Virus record (IMG/VR): IMGVR_UViG_3300022072_000071
Span: 1-33,108 of that record
Length of the DNA: 33,108 bases
From: a virus
Taxonomy: Duplodnaviria; Caudoviricetes
Reading direction: 5' to 3' (one strand)
Below the pieces are notes generated by a model that worked only from the letters and a program-made list of their open reading frames with translations, ran no database searches and was not told the origin of the DNA. Positions within the stretch are counted from its first letter, which is position 1. The number at the start of each line of letters is the position of its first letter. Shown here in pieces: positions 1-8,379 of this stretch. The translations under genes and the position numbers were made by a program.

Positions 1-14
1 AAAAATTGACGTTT

Positions 15-174
15 TGGGGCAGTGTGCGTCCTTGTATGAGTATAAAATAATTAAATAGTAGAAATAAAATAAATAAAGGTAACTGCCCCAGTTTATATAT
101 ATTTATACTTAAACCCTTATTTTTAAAGGGCTACAGACTGGGCGTATAACTGCCCCAAAATACCCCAAACTGGG
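15..174. repeat. AT-rich region with CTGCCCCA/TGGGGCAG iteron-like repeats (possible replication origin or packaging-related site)
   Basis: TGGGGCAGT 15-23 (inverted), AACTGCCCCA 81-90 and 148-157, TACCCCAAA 161-169, around long A/T tracts; no ORF. Confidence 0.4.
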
Positions 175-216
175 AGTATTTACGATATAATACTGAAAAC
201 CTATCTGGACAACCCA

Positions 217-336
217 ATGACAACCCACAAACTAAAACTTGCAGACGGCACAGAAATGACCGTGCTGTCAGTGCATAAAAATATTGATGATTTGAAAGCG
301 ATGTTGACGAGGGATAAGGGGTGGAGGTTTGTTTGA
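217..336 (+). CDS. small hypothetical protein (39 aa, MTTHKLKLADG...GWRFV)
   Basis: Read by hand (below ORF-track cutoff); TATAAT at 186-191 and GGA upstream; stop codon abuts the palindromic box. Confidence 0.55.
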   Translation: MTTHKLKLADGTEMTVLSVHKNIDDLKAMLTRDKGWRFV

Positions 337-374
337 CTGGTCATACCACTAACCGTTAATTCATGTGTTATTGT
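336..374 (+). promoter_or_regulatory. FadR/GntR-like box promoter 1
   Basis: ACTGGTCATACCACT 336-350, 18 nt, TGTGT-TATTGT (369-374), facing CDS 405..767. Confidence 0.75.
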
Positions 375-404
375 TCGGTGGAAATTAATTCTGTGGAGTA
401 AATA

Positions 405-767
405 ATGATAAATGCAAAAATGAAGTACGTGGTATTTGACGGGTATAATGGTGAACAGATAATAATTTTTCCTAAAATTATCCAGCATTCAGTTATGGCA
501 AATGATGTTCATAAATCATCATTCGGTGGCATGCGGGCAATATCAGGAGGTTTTGTTGTTGATGGGCAGTGTGTTGGTGAAAGTGAAAGCTTGAGAATGA
601 AGTCAAGGCTAGATAAAGATACTGCGTTAATCGCCAAACTATTAGATACTAACCATGGCGATAATATGCGCGAACCTTTGCTTGTTGATTTAAAAATGTC
701 ATCCAGATCAGCTATAAGTAAAAACAAGGCAAAGGCTTTGCGAAAGAAAGGGATAAGCACAAGGTAG
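405..767 (+). CDS. accessory hypothetical protein, paralog of 11223..11582
   Basis: GGAG RBS; 69/81 identical N-terminal residues and identical last 17 aa versus 11223..11582. Confidence 0.85.
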   Translation: MINAKMKYVVFDGYNGEQIIIFPKIIQHSVMANDVHKSSFGGMRAISGGFVVDGQCVGESESLRMKSRLDKDTALIAKLLDTNHGDNMREPLLVDLKMSSRSAISKNKAKALRKKGISTR

Positions 768-782
768 GTCTTACGTAGTTTG

Positions 783-821
783 ACTGGTCGGAGTTGTCGC
801 AGTGTGTTTTTGTGGTAGATT
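783..821 (+). promoter_or_regulatory. FadR/GntR-like box promoter 2 (degenerate right half)
   Basis: ACTGGTCGGAGTTGT 783-797, 18 nt, TGTGG-TAGATT (816-821). Confidence 0.6.
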
Positions 822-850
822 AGGTTTTGAAATTAACGAATGAGGGGAAG

Positions 851-1162
851 ATGATGGATTACGAAACGGTTTTATCTGAATCAAAAGAACAAGAAAAACG
901 CAGGGCTGAAAAAATGCCATCTGAATCAGATGCGCTAAAACAAATGTTTAATGCTTTCCTTAGACTAAAAGATTTAGGGTTTAAAGATTCGATGTATTGC
1001 CATAAAGATGGGAGTAAATTTGAATCCATAGAAGCTGGATCAACTGGCATTCATAAAGAAACCGTATATTACGGAGTATGGCCAAATGGACAGTTTTTCA
1101 TATTTGATAATGGCGATTTGTGGCCATCAAGACCAATTCTTTTCAGAGAGAAAAGAAATTAA
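851..1162 (+). CDS. phage hypothetical protein
   Basis: ORF 827..1162; ATG at 851 preferred because GAGGGG RBS precedes it. Confidence 0.75.
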   Translation: MMDYETVLSESKEQEKRRAEKMPSESDALKQMFNAFLRLKDLGFKDSMYCHKDGSKFESIEAGSTGIHKETVYYGVWPNGQFFIFDNGDLWPSRPILFREKRN

Positions 1163-1166
1163 ACCG

Positions 1167-1180
1167 CCCTCTTTAGAGGG
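1167..1180. terminator. short hairpin, possible terminator
   Basis: CCCTCT-TT-AGAGGG just after stop; no clear U-tract. Confidence 0.3.
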
Positions 1181-1222
1181 TAACAACCGACGCAGTATGT
1201 CAAAACAAAAAGGATTAAGATT

Positions 1223-1363
1223 ATGAGATACTACGAGACAGACACAAATAGTTATATTGTTATCAACCAACGCCACACAAAACGGTTTACATGGAAGCAA
1301 ACGTTGTGCTGGTGGATGATTATTTTAGTTGGTGGCTTGGTTAATTGGTTAATATGGCTCTAA
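1223..1363 (+). CDS. small membrane protein (46 aa)
   Basis: Read by hand: MRYYETD...LCWWMIILVGGLVNWLIWL, hydrophobic C-terminus; AGGA RBS. Confidence 0.6.
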   Translation: MRYYETDTNSYIVINQRHTKRFTWKQTLCWWMIILVGGLVNWLIWL

Positions 1364-1430
1364 TCGTTCGTGAGTCGAACGAGGTTAGGTTTTAATGGTA
1401 TGGGTAATACACTTGGATAGGTAGGATAAA

Positions 1431-1682
1431 ATGACAAACACACAGCGCCACATAGACGAATTGTATAAAACAGGCAAGACCAGTTTTAGAGACAACTTAG
1501 GGGCTTACCCTGATTATGTTGTTGAATTTAATGACTTGGTTAGTGGTTGGGCTTTGGTTAACGTTGAATTGTTGGCTGGGTTTATACGGACTCCAAGGCC
1601 GTTTGGGCTCTTTCAATCTTTCAATAAATACGCCACCAACGAACTAAAACAACTTTGCATTGATTATTATGGGGAGGAGTGA
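1431..1682 (+). CDS. hypothetical protein
   Basis: 83 aa ORF with AGGA RBS. Confidence 0.7.
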   Translation: MTNTQRHIDELYKTGKTSFRDNLGAYPDYVVEFNDLVSGWALVNVELLAGFIRTPRPFGLFQSFNKYATNELKQLCIDYYGEE

Positions 1683-1683
1683 A

Positions 1684-1908
1684 ATGAAAACAGACCTAGA
1701 AAAATTAAAGGATTGTTACTTAGATTTGGAGGTTGATTTTGTTGTTAGGAATAACGGAGAATATTCGTATTTATTCGTAGGAAAACCAGAAGATGCTCAA
1801 GGTATTCAATGGATGGATGATAACTTTGAAACAACAGAGTTAGATGCATTAACTCTAAGAAATAAATACTTTGAATTTGAAAATGGCGAATTGGTTTCGT
1901 TGAGTTAG
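1684..1908 (+). CDS. hypothetical protein
   Basis: ORF 1660..1908; ATG at 1684 follows GGAGGAG RBS. Confidence 0.7.
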   Translation: MKTDLEKLKDCYLDLEVDFVVRNNGEYSYLFVGKPEDAQGIQWMDDNFETTELDALTLRNKYFEFENGELVSLS

Positions 1909-1938
1909 TTGCCAGTCTATGCATTGTCGCGCTATACT
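1909..1938 (+). promoter_or_regulatory. sigma70-like promoter upstream of terS
   Basis: TTGCCA-18 nt-TATACT. Confidence 0.45.
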
Positions 1939-1979
1939 CTCAACATCTGCGCAGTGCGCTAAATATAGGAGTGTAGCCC

Positions 1980-2414
1980 GTGGCTAGGCCGACAAAGTAC
2001 AAAGAAGAATACGCAAAGCAGGCCGAAAAAATTTGCAAGCTAGGTGCTACAGATAGAGACCTTTCAGAGTTCTTCGAAGTTTCCGAGTCGACAATAAACC
2101 TTTGGAAGCTTCAACACGAAGATTTTTCGGAGTCCATAAAGGTTGGAAAGGAGCCTGCAAACGAAAGGGTAAAGATGGCTTTGTACCATAGAGCCGTTGG
2201 TTATTCGCATCCTGACGTTGACATAAAAATGTTTGAAGGGCAGATAATAAAAACGGATACGGTAAAATATTACCCGCCAGATACTACCGCTTTAATCTAT
2301 TGGACAAAGAATAGAATGCCAGAGGAGTTTAGGCAAAACCCAGAGGACACAGGAAGCGGAGCCGACAAACTCGTAGAAGCAGTCGCAAGCCTGATTGATA
2401 AACTACCTAATTAA
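1980..2414 (+). CDS. terS: terminase small subunit
   Basis: MARPTKYK N-terminus, HTH (GATDRDLSEFFEVSESTINLWK), YYPPDTTALIYWTKNR motif; overlaps terL start. Confidence 0.85.
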   Translation: MARPTKYKEEYAKQAEKICKLGATDRDLSEFFEVSESTINLWKLQHEDFSESIKVGKEPANERVKMALYHRAVGYSHPDVDIKMFEGQIIKTDTVKYYPPDTTALIYWTKNRMPEEFRQNPEDTGSGADKLVEAVASLIDKLPN

Positions 2415-3730
2415 TGTCAACTGGCAACTTCTTACTAGATAGACAGATTGCTAGATGGTACGAACTCAAAGACCATCCAGTCCAATTAAACCTAATCACT
2501 GCGGTAATGCGTGGGGTTAGGTTTCCGCTTGTGCCAGCAGGTAGACGTTCAGGCAAGACAGAACGATTCAAGCGCTTCCTAGTAAAGCAGGCCAATAAAA
2601 TAGTCGGTCAATACTTCGCAGCCGCACCAACTCACGCGCAAGCAAAGAAGATATTTTGGGATGACCTCTTAGCATTCACGCTATCCGCAACACATAAGAA
2701 AAAGCCTAACGTCTCAGACCTGATTATCTACATGAATAACGGATCTGAAATACATGTTATCGGCCTTGATAAGCCGCAGCGTATCGAGGGTATTCCGTGG
2801 GTGGGTGGCGGCATTGATGAATTTGCAGACATTAAGCCTGACGCATGGGAGGCAAACATATATCCCGCGCTTAACACTGTTAACCCGACTAGGCCAGATT
2901 ATCGCGCTTGGTGTTGGTTATTAGGTGTTCCAGATGGTTTAAACCATTACTATGATTTGTGCGAGAAGGCGAAAACAGGCGTTAGTGACGAGTACGAAGT
3001 ATTTCACTGGATGACAGAGGAAATATTTCCTGAGATGGCCGCAGAAGCTAAAAAGGTAATGTCAACCAAGCAATACAAACAAGAATTTCAAGCCTCTTTC
3101 GAGACTGCAAGCGGTCGCATTTATGAGGATTATTCGCCAGATAATTACACCGATGAAGCCATACAAGACCATGAATTGTTGTGGTGGATGCATGACCAAA
3201 ACTTTACGCCACTATCAAGCGCCATTGGTGTTAATCGTGGTAACTCTCTTTATTTGTTAGACGAGATAGTATTGATTAGCGCCGTATCAAAGCAATCAGC
3301 ACTTGAATTTGTAGAGAAGTATAAGAGCCACAAAAACAAAACCGTCTATGTTTATGGCGACCCAGCAGGAAGGGCAGGCGAAAAACACGGTCATAACTCA
3401 GATTACAATGATATTGAGGACGTGTTACGCGCTCACGGTTGGAAGTTTCAGCGCAGAGTTGCTAAGTCACACCCAGCGATTAAAGACCGTCAAAATGCTG
3501 TTAGGGCTAAAATTAAAACAGCGTCCGGTGATGTGTCTCTTTATGTTAATCCTAAAACCGCGCCATGGTGTCACAAGGGATTGGCAACGGTTCAATTACA
3601 GCAAGGCTCATCATTCCAAGAAGACCAAAAGAACGACACGCAACACATTACAACTGCAATAGGTTATTGTGTTGCGTATGAATGGCCGGTTGATAGGAAG
3701 CCAATGTCTCGCGGGCCTAAAGCAGGCTAG
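2414..3730 (+). CDS. terL: terminase large subunit
   Basis: Walker A-like AGRRSGKT, Walker B GGIDE, C-terminal nuclease-type motifs (HDQNFTP, YGDPAG). Confidence 0.93.
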   Translation: MSTGNFLLDRQIARWYELKDHPVQLNLITAVMRGVRFPLVPAGRRSGKTERFKRFLVKQANKIVGQYFAAAPTHAQAKKIFWDDLLAFTLSATHKKKPNVSDLIIYMNNGSEIHVIGLDKPQRIEGIPWVGGGIDEFADIKPDAWEANIYPALNTVNPTRPDYRAWCWLLGVPDGLNHYYDLCEKAKTGVSDEYEVFHWMTEEIFPEMAAEAKKVMSTKQYKQEFQASFETASGRIYEDYSPDNYTDEAIQDHELLWWMHDQNFTPLSSAIGVNRGNSLYLLDEIVLISAVSKQSALEFVEKYKSHKNKTVYVYGDPAGRAGEKHGHNSDYNDIEDVLRAHGWKFQRRVAKSHPAIKDRQNAVRAKIKTASGDVSLYVNPKTAPWCHKGLATVQLQQGSSFQEDQKNDTQHITTAIGYCVAYEWPVDRKPMSRGPKAG

Positions 3731-3974
3731 ATATAACCCAAATTACATTAACTATAATTACTCCAAGAATAAATCCATGCTTAAATTTATCTGGCTTGGT
3801 TATGTCAGTTAATAAATCAATACTATCATAATCAGGATGCGCATTAACCAGTTCAATATACAGTTTAACTGGAATAAATACACCTTGGTCACTAAATGTA
3901 TATTCAAACTGCTTACCTTCATTCGCCACCATCCGTTCATATTCTTCAAGCGGCATTGTTATTGTTTTGTTCAT
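3717..3974 (-). CDS. hypothetical protein with C-terminal TM helix
   Basis: Last gene of overlapping antisense operon; GFILGVIIVNVIWVISSLL. Confidence 0.7.
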   Translation of the reverse strand: MNKTITMPLEEYERMVANEGKQFEYTFSDQGVFIPVKLYIELVNAHPDYDSIDLLTDITKPDKFKHGFILGVIIVNVIWVISSLL

Positions 3975-4171
3975 TTGGCATCCTCTCTATAAATTTCCCA
4001 CTCGTTGAAGTCGCCGTAATTAAATTCATTCAACGCCTTGTTATCAGTTAATTTTGTTGACAAAACAGCTTGTGATGCTCGCGTTGCAATGACATCATTA
4101 AGTTGAGCCATTCCATAAACCCTTACATACCCTCTATCATTCATTTGCGACTCAATTGTTTTCACTCTCAA
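3971..4171 (-). CDS. hypothetical protein
   Basis: 66 aa, overlaps neighbours in the antisense operon. Confidence 0.6.
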   Translation of the reverse strand: MRVKTIESQMNDRGYVRVYGMAQLNDVIATRASQAVLSTKLTDNKALNEFNYGDFNEWEIYREDAK

Positions 4172-4385
4172 ACTCCCTCAATATCTTCATTGACCACAAA
4201 TGCCGGTCTTTTCTCGCGCCAGAATTAGACTTGTGATGATAGCCATCAGCCGCGGGGAATTTACCCTCGCTGACTAAGCGGCTAATTGATTTAGTTGTAC
4301 AGCCCATTATCTGGGCCAGCTCTTTTGCGTTCATCCGCGCATCGTTGGGTAATGCGCGGGCGTAAGGTGGTAATTCTAGAATCAT
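4152..4385 (-). CDS. AlpA/excisionase-like HTH DNA-binding protein
   Basis: MNAKELAQIMGCTTKSISRLVSEGKFP...LWSMKILREF fits the AlpA/Xis winged-HTH pattern. Confidence 0.7.
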   Translation of the reverse strand: MILELPPYARALPNDARMNAKELAQIMGCTTKSISRLVSEGKFPAADGYHHKSNSGARKDRHLWSMKILREFESENN

Positions 4386-4753
4386 CTAAAACTATCCTCT
4401 GTAATCATTTTTATTCTTTCCTCCAAATTCTTTATTTTTAAGTCCTTTGGGCATTCAGGCATTGACTCAACAATCTTATCTAGCATGCATGTATAAAACC
4501 CATTTGTTGAAATCATTATTCTGCAACTAACGCTATTGCTAGGAACTATTATTACATTGTCATTAACGGTAAATTTACCCTCTATTATTTGCCTTATAAC
4601 TTCTTCTGTTCGAGAGTTTACATTTAGTTCAGTATCAGACTCAACATAAGGAAGCCATTCACAATGTAAATCCGCTATTGCATCGCCGACTATTGATAAT
4701 GCTTCCTTTTTAAACTTTTCAACTATCTCAGTAAACTTTTGTTCTGTGTTCAT
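4382..4753 (-). CDS. hypothetical protein
   Basis: 123 aa ORF, translationally coupled to neighbours. Confidence 0.75.
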   Translation of the reverse strand: MNTEQKFTEIVEKFKKEALSIVGDAIADLHCEWLPYVESDTELNVNSRTEEVIRQIIEGKFTVNDNVIIVPSNSVSCRIMISTNGFYTCMLDKIVESMPECPKDLKIKNLEERIKMITEDSFR

Positions 4754-5031
4754 TACGATTCCTTTATCATATAAAACATATATTGCTCAAATGCGCTTTT
4801 CTTTTCTGTGTTAGTAAGAATTGACATACAAAAATTGCTAAACTTTTTAACTTCTGCTGAAACGTAAGCAAGAGTGGTATTGACTATATCTTCTTCACCC
4901 ATGCCTAAAAATATATCTTTCATGCCATCTTGCTCAAGTGAATTTTTAACCATATTTATTAAGCTCAATACGTCGCCAGTTGTTACATTCATTGATGTAG
5001 CTAATTCAGTAATGTTCACAATCTTTCTCAC
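4753..5031 (-). CDS. hypothetical protein
   Basis: 92 aa ORF, GTG start (uncertain), stop overlaps next start. Confidence 0.65.
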   Translation of the reverse strand: MRKIVNITELATSMNVTTGDVLSLINMVKNSLEQDGMKDIFLGMGEEDIVNTTLAYVSAEVKKFSNFCMSILTNTEKKSAFEQYMFYMIKES

Positions 5032-5057
5032 TTGGTTGTTTTGTTTCAGTGACGCTA

Positions 5058-5660
5058 TTAAACCATACTTTTATCGTTCAAGTGGTCCGATGAGTACCTA
5101 TTCCTCAAAGCATTAGCAACTCTTTCATCCGATTGTAAATCGGCATATTTGCATGCTATCTCGTGCTTTCTTTTCTTCCATGCCTGATGAGCTTCTTCTG
5201 TGGTATGGTAGACTCCTAATCTAGCATTCCTGCTTTTTGAAAACGGATTACTGCATTGCCCTATAATGTATCCGTCACCATTAATATGAACGCCTATAGG
5301 ATAGCCGCCTCTTCCTGCGGCATGGTCTGTAGTAAATAAATTCAATGCTCGATCAACAAACACGCAATTTTCAGGGCTATAAACTTTATTTCCTTTAACA
5401 AGAATATCCTTATCAATCTCTTTGCCTTCCCAGTCTTGAGCAACCATCCACGCTCTGAAATTGCTAAATGTCAGCCATTCCTCGCATACCGTGCAGTCTT
5501 TGTAAGTTGGTCTTTTTGTATGGTATTTATCTGAATAACATCTTCTTATCATGTCATACCAAACGCTATAAAACCTGCATATAGACCTCTTTTCTCCACC
5601 CCTTGGTCTTACGGAATAATTTGCATCATTAGTACCCACGCCAAAAATTGAACTTTTCAT
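5058..5660 (-). CDS. HNH homing-endonuclease-like protein with AP2-like C-terminus
   Basis: YSVWYDMIRRCY, VCEEWLTFSNFRAW, IDKDIL...YSPENCVFV, LGVYHTTEEAHQAW; start at 5660 (GGTGA SD) or further upstream. Confidence 0.75.
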   Translation of the reverse strand: MKSSIFGVGTNDANYSVRPRGGEKRSICRFYSVWYDMIRRCYSDKYHTKRPTYKDCTVCEEWLTFSNFRAWMVAQDWEGKEIDKDILVKGNKVYSPENCVFVDRALNLFTTDHAAGRGGYPIGVHINGDGYIIGQCSNPFSKSRNARLGVYHTTEEAHQAWKKRKHEIACKYADLQSDERVANALRNRYSSDHLNDKSMV

Positions 5661-5697
5661 AACTATCACCATATAGTTTTTCACCAATTGAAATTAG

Positions 5698-5745
5698 TGC
5701 GGCAGTCAGTTGGTGTTCTGGTTTTCGGTAGCTAACCTAGCCGCA
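5698..5745 (-). ncRNA. putative structured leader RNA (three-way junction) upstream of HNH gene
   Basis: UGCGGCUAG/CUGCCGCA closing stem and two internal hairpins; loop CACCAA complementary to downstream UUGGUG. Confidence 0.45.
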
Positions 5746-5750
5746 GCTTT

Positions 5751-5799
5751 ATTTTAACACAACTCAATACTAGAAGTGGTCTGACCTCTGGCGTATAAT
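5751..5799. promoter_or_regulatory. FadR/GntR-like box 3 between divergent promoters
   Basis: AGTGGTCTGACCTCT 5775-5789; minus strand 18 nt to TGTGT-TAAAAT (5751-5756); plus strand TATAAT 5794-5799. Confidence 0.7.
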
Positions 5800-5887
5800 C
5801 AACAAATGACCTCTCACACCATGCAATTAGAGCAGAAATGTTAAGTCATAAACCAACCAGCTAACTAACAATACAGGCGAGCTATAT

Positions 5888-6085
5888 ATGAGTGAACATA
5901 TCGAAAGAATGAAGATTGAGTTTAGAGATTTGAAGCAAAAAACAGAAGCTCTTGGCTCGTTTATCCATAGCAACCCAATATTCAAAGCATTGGATGACAT
6001 CGAGCAATCGAGAATGATTAAGCAGCATGGCTTTATGGAGTCATACGCAGCAGTTTTATCTAGCAGAATATGGGTTGCTCAATAA
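5888..6085 (+). CDS. small coiled-coil phage protein (crAss001_48-like)
   Basis: HIERMKIEFRDL...QHGFMESYAAVLSSRI pattern recognised from memory. Confidence 0.65.
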   Translation: MSEHIERMKIEFRDLKQKTEALGSFIHSNPIFKALDDIEQSRMIKQHGFMESYAAVLSSRIWVAQ

Positions 6086-6092
6086 TCAAATA

Positions 6093-6263
6093 ATGACCGA
6101 AATATCCAAACTTCAACCACACATTGTCGCAAATATTGACGGCAAGGCGCACATTATCTGCATTGCCGACATTCGACGCCTAGCAAATGGCGAATGTTAT
6201 CGCGGGGATGCGCAAGAGATGATAAGATTGTTGGCGAATATTGTTAAGGATTTAAGCGGATGA
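6093..6263 (+). CDS. hypothetical protein
   Basis: ORF 6027..6263; ATG at 6093 avoids the long overlap; ATGA overlap with next gene. Confidence 0.55.
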   Translation: MTEISKLQPHIVANIDGKAHIICIADIRRLANGECYRGDAQEMIRLLANIVKDLSG

Positions 6264-6712
6264 CCACAATTGTATATGACCACGAAAACAGGAAAATAGC
6301 AGTTGATAGCCGAATGACTAAAAACAGTGGGTTTTACAACGACTGTTTTGATAAGATAAAATTTAAAGGCTCGTTGGTTTTTGTTATGTGCGGCTCGACG
6401 TGTGACATACCGCACTTTATTGATAACTACGAAAACTACAAGCTAACAGGCCTTGATGGCATAGTGCTTGATTGCTCAGGTATAATGGTTAGAGATGGGA
6501 AAGTTTACAATGTCTTTGTGCATGAAGGTGTATTCAACGAGGATATTCTCATTTGTAACGAGGCGTACGGAAGTGGCGCTCAATTAGCTTTAGCCGCCTT
6601 AGACTTTGGTAGGTCAGCAAAAGAAGCCGTTGAGTATGCCGCAACGCGAGATATCTACACCGGTGGAAAGGTTCATGTTTTTAATTTGGATAGTATGAGG
6701 TTTGAGGTTTGA
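6260..6712 (+). CDS. Ntn-hydrolase / proteasome-beta (HslV-like) family protein
   Basis: N-terminal MTTI (Thr nucleophile), IAVDSR, GSG..ALAALD.G.SAKEAVEYA...DIYTGG. Confidence 0.7.
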   Translation: MTTIVYDHENRKIAVDSRMTKNSGFYNDCFDKIKFKGSLVFVMCGSTCDIPHFIDNYENYKLTGLDGIVLDCSGIMVRDGKVYNVFVHEGVFNEDILICNEAYGSGAQLALAALDFGRSAKEAVEYAATRDIYTGGKVHVFNLDSMRFEV

Positions 6713-6721
6713 TGATTGATT

Positions 6722-6844
6722 ATGAATTACACGGGATTTGGTAAAACATTAGTTATTTTAGCGATAGTTTGTGGAATAGTTGGATGGGCACTAATTGAAT
6801 TAATCATTTGGCTGTTTTCGTTTATTACGATAAGTATTGCGTAA
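6722..6844 (+). CDS. small membrane protein (40 aa)
   Basis: Read by hand: MNYTGFGKTLVILAIVCGIVGWALIELIIWLFSFITISIA; stop adjoins next ATG. Confidence 0.55.
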   Translation: MNYTGFGKTLVILAIVCGIVGWALIELIIWLFSFITISIA

Positions 6845-7978
6845 ATGCCAATAGCCGACGACCTCGACAAACACTCAATCTATTTGGGCAGGGTAGCCAC
6901 AAACCTACTCAAAGCCAACATATACCCGTCTTACGCTGAGGCATATAAAGCCGTTCGCTTAATCCTGTTGGACGCTGAAAACATTGGTAGTGTGTCGAAA
7001 TTATCCGCTGTCAATCGAGCTATTGCTAGGGCTATTCAGGATTCCACAGATAGCGCTTGGCAGGTATCCACGGACGAGTTAACAGAGTTAGCAGTCTATG
7101 AGTCGAATTACTACGCTCAACTGATTGGCGGCTATGCTGATGTAAGATTACGAACGCCACCACAGCAACAAGTTAGTGATTGGATGAATAAGGCGTTAAT
7201 GGCGCTTGAGTCTGGGCAGCGTTCGCAGGTCGGCACATGGGCTGAGTATGTCGCTAAAAACCAAGGTTCGTTTATTGATGCAGTGCAAAACACGGTTAAA
7301 AAGGGCTATATAAACGGCTCGACAGTTAACGAGATGGTTAATGATTTACGCCCTATGGTTGATGGGATATTGAGACGCGATGCTGAGTTTTTAATTAGAA
7401 CAGGTACGGCTTTTTATTCTAATCAGGGTCGGCAGCAAATGGCTGAACATAACAAGCATTTGATAGCCCGTGAAGTTCCATTCGTCACTTTTGATAATAG
7501 GCTATCAAAAATTTGCATGTCTATCGATGCGCACTATCATGATGGCTGGCCTTTAGGTGAAAACCCAATAGGTATGCCGCCGTTTCATATAAATTGCCGC
7601 ACAATAATTTTACACCTAGTCGAAGGTCAAGAAATGCCAGACGGATTGCGTCCAGCGGTAGGTGGTAAAGACACGAAAGAAGCGCGCGAGAAATTCGAGA
7701 AACGCGAAAATAGAACAGGTAAAAAACCAAAGTATCGCGGACGCAAAGACCTAGACACATTTGACATTGACAGGCTGAAAACATCTACCAAGTACGACAC
7801 ATGGTTACGAGAGCAGCCTCGTTGGTTCGTTGATGATGTATTGGGTGCGACTAGGACTAAATTATTTTTAGATGGGAAATTGTCGCTTTCATCGTTTAGT
7901 GACATGACCCTGCGCCAACTAACAATCGATGAATTGAGAGTTAGAGACGCAGAGGTATTTAGGCGGCTTGGTTTGTAA
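6845..7978 (+). CDS. minor head / head morphogenesis protein (SPP1 gp7 / Mu gpF-like)
   Basis: TFDNRLSKIC and PPFHINCRT motifs; C-terminal YDTWLREQP...DVLG.TR..LF. Confidence 0.8.
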   Translation: MPIADDLDKHSIYLGRVATNLLKANIYPSYAEAYKAVRLILLDAENIGSVSKLSAVNRAIARAIQDSTDSAWQVSTDELTELAVYESNYYAQLIGGYADVRLRTPPQQQVSDWMNKALMALESGQRSQVGTWAEYVAKNQGSFIDAVQNTVKKGYINGSTVNEMVNDLRPMVDGILRRDAEFLIRTGTAFYSNQGRQQMAEHNKHLIAREVPFVTFDNRLSKICMSIDAHYHDGWPLGENPIGMPPFHINCRTIILHLVEGQEMPDGLRPAVGGKDTKEAREKFEKRENRTGKKPKYRGRKDLDTFDIDRLKTSTKYDTWLREQPRWFVDDVLGATRTKLFLDGKLSLSSFSDMTLRQLTIDELRVRDAEVFRRLGL

Positions 7979-8108
7979 TTAATATCCTGATTAGCGAGTT
8001 TGCAATGGTTTTTTGTATTGCGCATTCAACTGTCATGCTTTCATTTCTGGCTTTCTCGGATTCTTCTTTAACTATTTGCTGTATTTCCTCTGGTGTAATT
8101 ATTTTCAT
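7959..8108 (-). CDS. small hypothetical protein (49 aa)
   Basis: Read by hand: MKIITPEEIQQIVKEE...; ATGA overlap with 8105..8308, GGAG RBS. Confidence 0.5.
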   Translation of the reverse strand: MKIITPEEIQQIVKEESEKARNESMTVECAIQKTIANSLIRILITNQAA

Positions 8109-8308
8109 GCTTTACTCCCAATATCATTAATATTGATCCTGAGCTTGTAGATTACGTCTTGATTATCCCTTCTTTCATGAGGTGTGCATAACGGTTCTTC
8201 TGGGCAATTATAATTAAGCGCGCATGATTTACAGTTATCATAATCAGTATGTTTATTCATAACTGCCTGATACTCCACGCCATCTACTTTAATTATGTTG
8301 TGTATCAT
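8105..8308 (-). CDS. small Cys-containing hypothetical protein
   Basis: GAGGTG RBS; CKSC...C....C motif. Confidence 0.7.
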   Translation of the reverse strand: MIHNIIKVDGVEYQAVMNKHTDYDNCKSCALNYNCPEEPLCTPHERRDNQDVIYKLRININDIGSKA

Positions 8309-8340
8309 AATTCACCTCATTAATTATCAATCCAGCCATA

Positions 8341-8379
8341 ACTATACGTTAATTTTTATTATAATTTGGTAATACCATT
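8341..8379 (-). promoter_or_regulatory. FadR/GntR-like box promoter 4
   Basis: TTTGGTAATACCATT 8365-8379, 18 nt, TATAGT (8341-8346, minus strand); box touches the stop of 8379..8918. Confidence 0.6.

Noticed and set aside
201-488. 95 aa minus-strand ORF
   Set aside because: Spans a promoter box and two better-supported plus-strand genes.
509-760. Antisense ORF with a homolog at 11230..11646
   Set aside because: Shadow of the duplicated sense genes 405..767 and 11223..11582; the RBS and promoter support the other strand.
4152-4385. AlpA/Xis-like gene as evidence of an integrated prophage
   Set aside because: No integrase, att site or host genes in the window; lifestyle cannot be determined.
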